Shown one piece after another: positions 35,420 to 46,452 of a DNA stretch of 64,000 nucleotides (position 1 is the stretch's first letter; each line of letters begins with the position of its first letter). The stretch is from Asterionella formosa (lineage: Eukaryota). The notes beneath the pieces are model-generated. The model worked only from the letters and a program-made list of their open reading frames with translations. It made no database searches and was not told the origin of the DNA. The stretch lies in NCBI GenBank assembly GCA_002256025.1, contig NKIB01012547.1:1-64000 (forward strand), written 5' to 3'. The translations under genes and the position numbers were made by a program.

Positions 35420-36054
35420 TCATACCATAATATCTGTTTCGTCTACAGCACGCTTCGCCTTTTTCGTCCCCAAGGCCTTCATGTCACGTTCAAGTGCAGC
35501 GATAGCATTTGCCACCACAACGGAAATCTCGCGATTCTGGAGAGCTCCTGCACGTTCGTGCCATAGCTGTTGTTGTATGTGCATTAGAAACATGAATGCT
35601 TTCTATAGCTTTGTGTCGATTCCCCGAGCCAAGCACGTACCTGCTTTTCCTCGTCGTTCGTTCGCGCCCAATGCCGAGCAATCGCCGCAACAACATCCTT
35701 GTGCTTCAAGGTGGGATTGCTCGTCATGGTGGCCTGGAAGTTTTCCTGCACAAAGAGAGAATAGGCCGTAACCTGGGAGGGTGCTGCCTCTCGCTTGACT
35801 CGCTTGGGCGGCTTGCCTTTGTTATAAATGTTGTTTTGAGATGGAATGACGGAACGAAGTAATGTGAGAATTGTTACTACTGTGGAATAATTATGCAGCT
35901 TAGCTACGCGGCAACGGGCCACACAGGGTGCTTGCTACTTACCATCAGGGCCGGCTTCAATGCTGGCAATCAACGATCGAAGCGCATCCGCCCTTTCTTG
36001 TTGTTGCTCAGCTTCCACCCGAAGGTAGGCGATAAAGGCGTGATGGGCGCTCAT
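35420..36054 (-). CDS. HMG-box protein, 3 exons
   Basis: Exon 1 MSAHHAF...AGPDG; exon 2 KREAAPSQVTAYSLFVQENF...KDVVAAIARHW...EEKQ; exon 3 LWHERA...DIMV*. Confidence 0.78.
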
Positions 36055-36510
36055 GCTGGTTTGAAATGGACTAAGATGAAAGGTACTTGTGTTTTCCTAT
36101 TCAAAGCTAAATATATAACCTGTCTGTGGGGTTGTAATTATCATATCATATTTTTGTTTGTGTGGTGCCGTTCTTGCTGTGATGATCATGAAGAATGCTG
36201 GCTTTTAGTACATACCCATACCGATATTCTACATGTAGCTACCGGTATTCACTGCGTGATCATTCCATTCAGACATTTCTCACACTTCGTGTAGAGTTCG
36301 GACACCTGTCGACATCAACAGCCTAGCAGACACACTCTAACAATTTCTTCTGACTGCTTTGTTTTGCTTGACTTTCATGCATCAATGATAAGGTTCCGTA
36401 GAATGATGGTCAACATTCTGACAATGATAAGAAGAAGAAGTACCGGGGAAGTAACCAAGGGAATATACCTGTATACACACCAACTCGCTCCCCTCCATGG
36501 ATTTCCCAAG

Positions 36511-37368
36511 ATGAACAGACACTCATCGTTATCGTTCTATAGAACTGGCATTCGACGAAGCTCATTGACGACCTGTGCAAGTCAAAACATGGATGCATGG
36601 TTTGCTTCAATCATCAAGCCAGCGCCCTTTTATGAAGCAGCTCGGATGAAAAAGTGCTATTTCTACTCCATCGATTTACAGGGTCGAGTCTTCCTAGGTG
36701 CGTTTGTGTAGTTGACCAGCAAATATACTCTCTCCACTTGCCAGTGCTTGTGCCACATTCTCGATTCACTATGGAAGATTTTACTGACTTGCGGATTTTG
36801 ATTGTCCACAACCATTTTTTTAGAAGACGTGCACCCAAAGAACATGGCCTCGTCGATCAAAGATACAGCCTTTCTCGACTTTTTCTTTCGAAGGATACGA
36901 CGAGTAGGTCCCAAACAAGCTGCTTTGTTACAAGGTGCTGTGGGATCCTATCCATTTTATTCCCCATGTGGAGTTGAACTCAACTTTATTAGACCTGCAG
37001 ACTCGGTAATTGTATTTCATGACTTGGATGGAGACGAACTTGTATTCGCAGGAACACTGAGACAACCGTTCCATCCAGCATCGTTAGCAATATCAGCAAA
37101 AACAGGACGTTTGTACCATGAATTGTTCAATGGCATGGGAGGATTTGGTTTGATACGATCGGCTCTTGCTGTCACACTGTCGCAGCAGATTCTTGCTGCT
37201 GAACGTGATGAGGACCAAAATAAATATCCTGAAAATAATCGTTCATCAGGTATGTTATATATAGATCAACAAACTGATGGAAAATTTCAGATCCCATGGT
37301 TGCCAGAGGAAGCAGAACCAGGCTTGTGGGCCATGCCTACTAATGCTATTACCAACTCGAGTTCATGA
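36511..37368 (+). CDS. UPF0598/C8orf82-like (DUF4505) protein; intron 36698-36823
   Basis: YFYSIDLQGRVFL|EDVHPKN...KDTAFLDFFF, YPFYSPCGVELNFIR, TGRLYH, GLIRS. Confidence 0.85.
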
Positions 37369-37600
37369 AGAATTCACTAGGCATTAGTACAACTTAAACT
37401 AGCATGATTTTGGAGATAGGAATAGATTTATTGCAAGGGAGATTTTTTTCTTTTCCTGCTCCCCAAAAAGAAGCTTGAATTCAGAATACTATGGTCCTCA
37501 TGGTGGTCTCAATATGTAGAATACGCTTCCACTATAGGCAATTTACGCAATGACTGTGTTGTATCCGCACAAGATATTTAATTATATAGAACGTGTCATT

Positions 37601-39571
37601 TCATTGCATGTTATCGCTATTCCGAGCATTCTCCATACAGTACTGATCTCTCATCGTTACTTCTTCTACAGCATCCTTGAGTTCACTGTCAGTGACTGGC
37701 TCACCATCAATATCGTCAATGTCGGAACGGTAATCCCCAACTTTTGCATCAGGAATTATGAAATAATCTTCGTCTAGCAGTCGAAGCGTTTCTTCGTCAA
37801 GCTCGTCAACTGCAAGTGATTCGCCATCAATATCATCGTCATGTTCAATTTCAATTTCTCCTTGAGTCGCAGGTGAGCGTTTCTTGGTTTCAGTGCTCTT
37901 ATTGCTTTCAATATCTCCAGCTGGAATTGGAGGTTGATCTACCAATAGCTCAACTTCTGGTTCATCTGAGACTTCAGTAAACTCTCCTCGAGGGCGATCG
38001 AAAATTATTGGAGTCGTCTCTTCGAATTCTTCTACCTTATCCTCAACTAGCACTTCCTCAATCACAGAACTTTTGACAACTTCGCGCCCTTCAAATCGAG
38101 CCTCAAGCTCGTCTATAAAATTATGATCAAAAACGCTCCAATTTGTCCATGCACTCAACACACCATTCACTGCTGTTTTGAGCTTGTTCAATCGCATGCG
38201 CCCCAAGTTGCTGTGTTCCCCGTGCTTGCCAAGACTGGCGAAAATTTCAGGAGACATTCGTTCCACAGCATCTCTGTATCGAAATGCGTTTTTAATACCA
38301 GGCTGTTGGGAATTGAACAATACATCAGATAATAGATAAAGCCGAGCCACACGCGTGTCGATACTGCAATCGGATTCCAGCAATATTTCCTTGAGTTTGA
38401 ATGCAATACGTTCAGCAGCTCCACTCTTTTCAAAGCAAAAGGCAGTAGCTTCGCAGATACTTTTTCGAGAGGCAGTCAGTTTAATTCTCACTAGAGTTTG
38501 GAACATGATCTCATCATCCGGCCGTAATTGTTTTTGTCCTTCCCTTCGTTCCAACTGGCGACCAGTAACAAATTCTTTGTTGAATGATTCGTCGCTTTGA
38601 CCTTTTGGAGCTTCTTCAATTATAATAGATGTATGGTTATCTTGTGGAGGTGGTATCCAGGTTCTACCGTCGTCAATCATAACAAAAGGTTCTGTTTTCC
38701 AAACATCCGGCGAGTCTCCTTGGCCTAGTGAATAGACTTTCCACCGGTAGTAAATGCTCTCTACTTTCTCGGTTTCAGATCCGTCAGGGTTGAACCTGAG
38801 AAAATTGAACTCCGAGTTATGCAGTTCCTTATCCAAAATCTGGTTTTCAATATGGGGCCCATTTTTGGCGACGACTGATGCAACTCTTGTGATGAACTGC
38901 CGTCGTCGTGGATCATTCGGTGAAACGACCACAACGGAATGCGCATCAATGTGTTCCATTTTAGGACGCTTTATAAGGAATTCGCTGTTGTTTCGGTCCA
39001 CTTGTTCTTTCTCTGTCTTGACATTTTTACCCCACCGCATCATGAGCCGACGACCAACTCTAAAGGGATCCTTATCCGAACAAGCGTCCATGGCGGCATC
39101 GGCGTCGGCTCGATGCACGAAACTAACAAATCCAGTATTTCGATTCCTGGCTCGTTCTTCTGGCGTCCGCGGCCACATAATTTTTAGAGAATATAGCGGT
39201 CCAAATTGTGAAAACATGTCCATCACTTGCTTCTCGGTCAAGGAGGGGCAGAGATTGGAGAGGAAAATATTCGTAGTCAGGTGCTCCTCGCCAGGCTGTA
39301 CGAAAGATCCTTTTGGAGCTACCGATGGCTTTCTGACTGCAAAATCCGTCTCAATTTCCAGATCTTGAATAATCGCGTCCATCTTAGCCTTTCGGGTATC
39401 GCTCATCATGATGTGATGGCGCTTCATGGACGACGTTGTCGCCGGAACAATCGGCAACGCTTTGGCAACATTCGTCTTAATGTTGCCCTTGTTGGAAAGT
39501 GCGGAAAAGGCGTCCTCGTCGTCAGAGGATGAAGACTCCTCGTTTGGGGCTCCGCCACGTCGGATCACCAT
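37601..39571 (-). CDS. U2SURP: U2 snRNP-associated SURP motif-containing protein (SR140)
   Basis: RRM (TTNIFLSNL, KIMWPR, GFVSF, WGK), SURP (YYRWKVYSL), CID (ARLYLLSDVLFNS), acidic DIDG repeats. Confidence 0.92.
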   Translation of the reverse strand: MVIRRGGAPNEESSSSDDEDAFSALSNKGNIKTNVAKALPIVPATTSSMKRHHIMMSDTRKAKMDAIIQDLEIETDFAVRKPSVAPKGSFVQPGEEHLTTNIFLSNLCPSLTEKQVMDMFSQFGPLYSLKIMWPRTPEERARNRNTGFVSFVHRADADAAMDACSDKDPFRVGRRLMMRWGKNVKTEKEQVDRNNSEFLIKRPKMEHIDAHSVVVVSPNDPRRRQFITRVASVVAKNGPHIENQILDKELHNSEFNFLRFNPDGSETEKVESIYYRWKVYSLGQGDSPDVWKTEPFVMIDDGRTWIPPPQDNHTSIIIEEAPKGQSDESFNKEFVTGRQLERREGQKQLRPDDEIMFQTLVRIKLTASRKSICEATAFCFEKSGAAERIAFKLKEILLESDCSIDTRVARLYLLSDVLFNSQQPGIKNAFRYRDAVERMSPEIFASLGKHGEHSNLGRMRLNKLKTAVNGVLSAWTNWSVFDHNFIDELEARFEGREVVKSSVIEEVLVEDKVEEFEETTPIIFDRPRGEFTEVSDEPEVELLVDQPPIPAGDIESNKSTETKKRSPATQGEIEIEHDDDIDGESLAVDELDEETLRLLDEDYFIIPDAKVGDYRSDIDDIDGEPVTDSELKDAVEEVTMRDQYCMENARNSDNMQ

Positions 39572-39890
39572 TGTGCGAGGTTCAATCTCAAAGACAAGGC
39601 ACTCTCGACGCTTCTACGACCATGTGTTGCCGTAATATATGGCATGCAAACCAAAAAGTGAGGTTTGACTACATACCGTACACTAATGCACAATCCGAAT
39701 ATTGGACTCGGAGGACATACTGGTAGTTTGTAGACAACCTGTTGCTGGTACCTGGTACCTGGTACAGGTACTATTAGGTACGCGCTCCCATCAGGGGGAA
39801 TCAGCGAGGTGAGTCCATTCTAAGGTTCCGGTACCAGGTACCAGGTACTAGGTACATGGAGTACCAGGTACCGTAACGGGTATTGGTACA

Positions 39891-40494
39891 NNNNNNNNNN
39901 NNNNNNNNNNNNNNNNNNNNNNNNNNNNNNNNNNNNNNNNNNNNNNNNNNNNNNNNNNNNNNNNNNNNNNNNNNNNNNNNNNNNNNNNNNNNNNNNNNNN
40001 NNNNNNNNNNNNNNNNNNNNNNNNNNNNNNNNNNNNNNNNNNNNNNNNNNNNNNNNNNNNNNNNNNNNNNNNNNNNNNNNNNNNNNNNNNNNNNNNNNNN
40101 NNNNNNNNNNNNNNNNNNNNNNNNNNNNNNNNNNNNNNNNNNNNNNNNNNNNNNNNNNNNNNNNNNNNNNNNNNNNNNNNNNNNNNNNNNNNNNNNNNNN
40201 NNNNNNNNNNNNNNNNNNNNNNNNNNNNNNNNNNNNNNNNNNNNNNNNNNNNNNNNNNNNNNNNNNNNNNNNNNNNNNNNNNNNNNNNNNNNNNNNNNNN
40301 NNNNNNNNNNNNNNNNNNNNNNNNNNNNNNNNNNNNNNNNNNNNNNNNNNNNNNNNNNNNNNNNNNNNNNNNNNNNNNNNNNNNNNNNNNNNNNNNNNNN
40401 NNNNNNNNNNNNNNNNNNNNNNNNNNNNNNNNNNNNNNNNNNNNNNNNNNNNNNNNNNNNNNNNNNNNNNNNNNNNNNNNNNNNNNNNNNNNNN
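39891..40494. other. Assembly gap
   Basis: Run of N. Confidence 1.
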
Positions 40495-40725
40495 TACATG
40501 GGTTGTACCTGATACCGGTGGTACCCAAGAAGAGATTCAATCTTGCCTTTTGTTTCTGATTTTCGGTGCATATAGTTTATACAGGTATTAGTAAAAGTAT
40601 GCATTGCTTTATCCAGGATCTGATTGACATCTGGCTCATCATCGCTTCGCGAAACTCGTCAAAACTATATCACAAACAACAACAAAGGAACAAATTCATC
40701 ATTCCGCAAAGCCTCCTTTCTTACC

Positions 40726-42543
40726 ATGTCTACTGCCGAAGATGTGAGTTACTATTCAATGAAACTTATTGTGTGATGTGATTGCCGAAAAAGGGTAACG
40801 ATGAATCTGACGCTGCCATTGTTTGTGCTTCTTGTTGGACTGGGCTGACCGCAGTTAAAAGCTCTAGGAAATGCTGCCTTTAAGGAGAACAAAATGGACG
40901 AAGCTATCGAAGCATACTCCAAGGCCATTGCGCTGGAAGAAAACCACATATTCTACTCCAACAGATCGGCTGCTTACCTCACAAAGGGTGACGCCGAAAA
41001 GGCGCTCGCAGACGCCATTACTTGCCTCGAGTTGAACCCAGACTTTGTCAAGGGCTATTCCCGCAAAGGAGCAGCACTCCAGGGCCTTAAGCAATACGCC
41101 GCCGCCGTTCAAGCATTGGAAGATGGCCTCGCCAAGTTTCCAGAGAACCCCGACCTTACCACTGAACTCACCAAGTGTCGGAATGCCATGGCCTTTACTG
41201 GCGAGAACCAAGTCAAGGCTCGTCAGTCTGTTGCCGCCAAGCGCGCTTCTGTGTCGCTCTCGGGAAAGGCAGGATCCTCGGAAACCATGACAGACTTTGT
41301 CAAGGTATCCAAAATGGCGCTAGAGATGCAGATATTCGCCTTGCAGGCGCAGCTTCAGATGATTGACTCATTAAGCGAAATGTCTGACGAGGAAAAGTTG
41401 ACCATGCTCTTCGGGCTGATCGATACGGATCGTGATGGACGTATTGATGCTCGTGAGCTTGCCGATGCTCTTCGTAAGCGCAATGCAGACTTGGCATTTG
41501 CGGATTCCATTGAACGTGCCATCTCTTTTGTAGCAGCCTTTGATACAGACAAGGACGCCAAGTTGGACTTGAATGAATTCAAGGAATTTTTGGATGCGAT
41601 TCTCAAAGCGATGGGTGTGACCTTTCATGAGTTGTCTGAGTTTTTGATTCTCCAAAACATTTTCTCGGAATCAGGCAACGACTTTGTTGAAGATTTGGCT
41701 GGCGCCTTGGTCAGCGAGGATATCAATGAAGCTGTCTTGGCTAAGGAAGAGTTTTTTGATGCCTCCACTGATCCTCGCATGATGGTTCTCTTTAATTTGT
41801 TTGACCTTGATGGTGATGGATCCGTTGATTTCAAAGAGGTTGCCATTGGACTCTATCGTTTGACTGATGACATGGAGGACGCGGCGCGCATGGCTGTAGT
41901 TGTCTTGTTGATGTTTGATAAAGATGACAAGCGCACATTGAATTTTGAAGAATTCGCCAAACTTATGCTCCACGTGGTCACTGCCGCGGAAACGAAGTTT
42001 GACGATATGGCCGACAAGATGACACTAGCCATGGTTTCCAAGAAAGAAGTGACCGACGACGACGTTGTCAACTTGATCAGCGGTGAAGTTCTCTACAACT
42101 TGGCGAAGGACGAGCAAGAGGATCAGATGGAGCTCTTGGCTACGATTGATGCTCTTCAATATGGCCGTATGCAAAAGCTGTTTGATCTTTGGGACACTGA
42201 CAAGAACGGCGTGATTTCCTTCGCAGAACTTTTAACTGGCATGCGCAAGTTCAACGGAGCTATTGATATGGAAGAATCTGTCGCGCGAGCTGCAATCGCC
42301 ATGATTGGATTTGACGATAATGACACCCAAACATTGGATCGAGTGGAATTCGCCCGGGCGTTGGTCAACTTCGCGAAGGCATCGGAGGTTGACGTTCGTG
42401 ACCTGATTGATTTCATGGTCGTCGCCACCGTAGTTGAAGACGATAGCCCCGAGGAGGTGGCATACATTAAAGCGATTGCTAGTCAGGCTACTTCTGAAAT
42501 CAAGGCCATCCAGGGTGCTTTGGATGCCTATGAGATCGAATAA
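40726..42543 (+). CDS. TPR (HOP/STI1 TPR1-like) plus six EF-hand protein; intron 40744-40854
   Basis: MSTAED|LKALGNAAF...YSNRSAAY...KGYSRKGAA. EF loops DTDRDGRIDARE, DTDKDAKLDLNE, DLDGDGSVDFKE, DKDDKRTLNFEE, DTDKNGVISFAE, DDNDTQTLDRVE. Confidence 0.9.
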
Positions 42544-43224
42544 GGAACTTGAGACGTGTTCGGGGGACAGCTCGGCCAATTTACGCCCGTAAGTTAGTTA
42601 ATTGTTAGCAGAGTTATAGTTGTGATGCATCAACGCAAGCATAATATTGGTGGTATTATCAGTAATGGCATGTTACTTGATTTTAAATGCGAAGCGCAAT
42701 TAATGTGTTATGATAACGTCCATGCCAACCTAGTAGAGTAGCATAATTTTTTCCTCCTATGATAGGCATGCGCAGCTAGTGTTCCTTTGGAACGACTACA
42801 TGCTTTGCATTCCGAAGCTTGCTTCATTCCCTTGACATAGCAATGTTAGCACTTCACATTTGTAACTTACAGGTATTATTTGTCAACGTCTCAGTCCGTA
42901 TTCAGTTTGTGCATGAGGAAAAGGAAGTAAAAAACTAAACATCATCATCTATATAATAGATAATGATTGAAAACCATAACCAAAAGGAAAGAGAAATTGT
43001 GGACAAGGAGAAGGTTTCAATTACCTTTATTGATATGATATGATATTCCTTGAATTTATACAAACCAATTTCTCTCTGCCAATTTTTGTCTTCGCCACGT
43101 TCTCGAGATCAAAGTTGAATTCTTCCAGCTTCAATTTTGTTTCAAAGAGTTCTTCACGACGACTACTATTTAGCAACTAGTTTGTTCCGTACATCTGCTC
43201 CTTTGTCATCGTCGTCGGGAGAAG

Positions 43225-44442
43225 TCAGAGAGCGGCAGTCGTAGTGCTCTTCTTCTCTAACTCTAGGTCAGCGGCATCCTGAATGGACTGCTGTACATTC
43301 ATTTGTACGAGTAGGCAAAATCCACCCATGTTAAGATGATTTGGACGATCTTCTCGAAAAGGAGCTTCGCATTCTGCAGCAGCACCGTCTAATCCAAGAA
43401 GTGCAAAAGCGGTAACAACTGATAGAGGAATGGTCGCCCAGCCCCAAGCGTGCTCCCATATATAGGGCAGAGCCATCAAGAAAAAAAGCAGGAAGGTCCT
43501 CAAGTGTGTTACATATACTAAAGGTAGTGGTGATGATCTGATTCGCTCCATGGCACCTTCTTGGTCCATGATTCGGTTCAAAGATTGTTCCAGGAGACTC
43601 ATTTGTTGTGTCCAGGCATAAGCAAGCGAAAGTGGGGTTTCGGCAGAGACTAGGAAGATCTTGTTCAAAGCATCTCGTAATTGGTGTGCGGCATACATGG
43701 GTGGATGAACCGAATTTTGCATCTTGATAATGCTATCCTCTGTCAAAATACCATCCAGTGACTCTGGGGGTATGTACTCTGAGGATCGAATGTATTGCAT
43801 AGAAGCAATAGCAAAGGCACAAATCCATCTAAGTGCCCTTTCCCTTTCTACCGGACGATGAGATCCATGCACCAATATCCCACTCGACAGATAACGGGAA
43901 ACTCCAATAATTGTACCCCAGTTCTCTCTCGCCAACCAATAACGTTCCGCTGCCCTATTCAGTCGAAAGACAAGCAAAAACGATAGCGATGTATTCAGAA
44001 CAATACCAAAGAAGAATTCCCATGAGCTGGTTGATTCACTGCTTCTCACAACGTGGAATCTGTCGGCATAAATAGTCCATACAATTGCATTCACTGTGCA
44101 AAGTGCCCATGGTAAAGCTATGTTATCCAGGGCCCTACCTTGGATTGTCATCATGGTCTTGAACCATCCATCCGTCGATTTGGTATAATTTCGTTGCTTG
44201 GAACCATTCTTGTCCAGCAGAATTCTCCGAGTTTCTTCTTGTCGCATCATGGATTGTAACAGGGGATAGCCTTCGTACTTTTCAGGCAGGAGAACATCCT
44301 TGACGAAAACAGTCGGCGCACGTTGATTTTTTGTCCAAGCGTCTCGTAAACTAAACCGTGATGATTCTCTTCGAACTAAACGATTGGGATCCTTTTGTAG
44401 TGATTCCTGTTGCGCCGCGGGGCTTGAAGGAGACGACGTCAT
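43225..44442 (-). CDS. Bestrophin-like (UPF0187/RFP-TM) anion channel
   Basis: SFLLVFRLNRAAERYWLARENWG, MERIRSSPLPLVYVTHLRTFL, ECEAPF. Confidence 0.9.
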   Translation of the reverse strand: MTSSPSSPAAQQESLQKDPNRLVRRESSRFSLRDAWTKNQRAPTVFVKDVLLPEKYEGYPLLQSMMRQEETRRILLDKNGSKQRNYTKSTDGWFKTMMTIQGRALDNIALPWALCTVNAIVWTIYADRFHVVRSSESTSSWEFFFGIVLNTSLSFLLVFRLNRAAERYWLARENWGTIIGVSRYLSSGILVHGSHRPVERERALRWICAFAIASMQYIRSSEYIPPESLDGILTEDSIIKMQNSVHPPMYAAHQLRDALNKIFLVSAETPLSLAYAWTQQMSLLEQSLNRIMDQEGAMERIRSSPLPLVYVTHLRTFLLFFLMALPYIWEHAWGWATIPLSVVTAFALLGLDGAAAECEAPFREDRPNHLNMGGFCLLVQMNVQQSIQDAADLELEKKSTTTAAL

Positions 44443-44663
44443 TGTTCACAACAACTATGCTATAGTTGGTGACTTGGAAACAAAGCAGAGTAAAAATGGT
44501 TTCGAGCCTTATTTACACCTTTCATAAATAAAATAAAATGTTTTGACATGATTGGCAAAAGCAAAGTGTAAGCTCTGCATACCGAATTCGACCACGAGGA
44601 CAGCATCACTGTTACTACCGGTAAACAAGATGATATAAACCTTGGATGATATTCTCCCAGGTA

Positions 44664-44776
44664 CTTGCAAGTTGTACCGGTAGTCATTTTGCTTTATGCA
44701 GTTTCTCATGTCTGTGGCAACAAGGGATTAAAAAGGCTAATTATTTAGCTTCAGCACAAGTACCGCAACTTGCTGG
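44664..44776 (-). mobile_element. MITE copy 2 (inverted relative to copy 1), TA on both sides
   Basis: The reverse complement of its right end, CCAGCAAGTTGCGGTACTTGTGCTGAAGCTAAA...TAATCCC, aligns to the copy 1 left end. TA at 44662-63 and 44777-78. Confidence 0.75.
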
Positions 44777-44862
44777 TACCTGGTACCATGTACATGGTAC
44801 CCACCCTTTACCGATAGTATGAACAAGATGTCTACCCGCCAGGTACTGCAGGACCGGGGGTA

Positions 44863-44959
44863 CCTGTGCAAGTTGCGGTAATTTTGCTGAAACTAAAGAT
44901 TTGGCTATCTTTGTCCAAGATTATGTTAGTTTCAGCAAAATGACCGCAACTTGCTCTGA
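44863..44959. mobile_element. MITE copy 3 with 29-bp inverted repeats
   Basis: GCAAGTTGCGGTAATTTTGCTGAAACTAA (from 44868) versus TTAGTTTCAGCAAAATGACCGCAACTTGC (to 44954): 28/29 complementary. Confidence 0.8.
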
Positions 44960-45408
44960 TACGGTACCAGGTAGTGCAGTATTCTGTAACCATTATGCAT
45001 GGCGGATGGTATTTATTACCAGGTACCTGGTACCACGTACTGTGTCTAGAGGTTGCTGTGTTTACCCCTAGCTCGAGGTAGGGTTTTAAAAATATATTGA
45101 GTCAGACTAATCAAACGCGTACTCTTCAGGTATTAAAATGCTTTCACCATTACCGGTAGACACCCTTTTCTATTTAAGCAAAGACTATGCTAAATATCTC
45201 AATTATCGGACCTTCAGGGCAACCTAGGTAGCGGTATATTGCATGGACCGGGGAGTACAAGCAAGATTAGCCGTAACTCTATGCTCCTTGTACATCAGCC
45301 ATGTTGATGTTGAAAAGATTTGCCCACGTCGTTGCTTGCTTTGCTACTAAATTCATATAGAGGTTTCTCGCCCCGTGCTTGCCCAAGATCCATTCTGTCG
45401 ATTCGACC

Positions 45409-46155
45409 ATGATGAAGTTCTCTGCTGTTGTCGCCGCTATGATGGCCTCCTCGGCCATGGCTTTTGCTCCTGCTGCCAACCAATGCCCTTCCACTGAATT
45501 GAAGGCCATGCCTGACCGCATGTGGAACAAAATGGTAGACAAGACCCAGCGCTCCAAGGCCCTTCCTTTCTTGCCTCGCCCTGCTGCCCTCGACGGATCC
45601 ATGGTCGGTGATGTTGGCTTCGACCCTTTTTACCTCTCCTCCATCCCCAAGAATTTCGCTGGATTCATCCAGCCACCTTCTTGGGAGGCAACTGAGGGCA
45701 TCCCTACTCTGTACTGGATGCGAGAGGCCGAGCTCAAGCACAGCCGTGTGTGCATGTTGGCTTGGTTCGGATGGCTTGCGACCGATGGTGCCTTCGGGAT
45801 CACTCTCCGTTTCCCTGGAGATATCTATTCGGTTGATGCTATCCCTAATGCCTATAATGCTCACAATATTCTTGTTGAGCAGGGTTCCATGACTTTTCTT
45901 CTCTTAGCTGTTGGCTTTATTGAATTCTGCTCCGGTGCAGTTCTTGTGGAAGTTTCCAAGGGAGAGTCGGACCGCGAGGCTGGGGATTTCACGCTCGACC
46001 CTCTTCAGTTCTTGAAGGGCAAGTCGACTGAGGAAGTCAACCGTATGAAAACCCGCGAACTTTTGAACGGACGTCTTGCCATGCTTGCCTTCGGAGGTGT
46101 TTCTACGCAAGCTGCCTTGTTGGATGGTGCTCACCAAAACTTCCCTTACTTTTAA
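45409..46155 (+). CDS. Fucoxanthin-chlorophyll a/c light-harvesting protein (Lhcr/Lhcz-type)
   Basis: AMA-FAP presequence, SKALPFL, GDVGFDP, REAELKHSRVCMLA, ELLNGRLAMLA. Confidence 0.95.
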   Translation: MMKFSAVVAAMMASSAMAFAPAANQCPSTELKAMPDRMWNKMVDKTQRSKALPFLPRPAALDGSMVGDVGFDPFYLSSIPKNFAGFIQPPSWEATEGIPTLYWMREAELKHSRVCMLAWFGWLATDGAFGITLRFPGDIYSVDAIPNAYNAHNILVEQGSMTFLLLAVGFIEFCSGAVLVEVSKGESDREAGDFTLDPLQFLKGKSTEEVNRMKTRELLNGRLAMLAFGGVSTQAALLDGAHQNFPYF

Positions 46156-46452
46156 TTATTATCACGAATGCTCATACATACTCAAAATGAGAATAGGTTG
46201 GAAGCGTGGATTGATTTCAGCAGGTTGGTGGTGGCCAACCGAATCAAGATACTATGACAAGGCACCGCTATTCCTTGGTTAGCAGCAAGAAAGGATAGGT
46301 ATGCAGTCTTTTGAGTTTACCTAATATGCTAACAAAATACATCCATGTTGTTCATGGATCATCACAGTTATACTCGTTATAGCACCACCTGTACCTAGGT
46401 TTCATTAGTGGGAAGGCAGTTGCATCCAGTCTGTTTGCGCTGGACACAGTGA

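Noticed and set aside
39801..40604. Long ORFs spanning N runs (also 46352-47600 and 60672-61472)
   Set aside because: Artefacts of translating assembly gaps.
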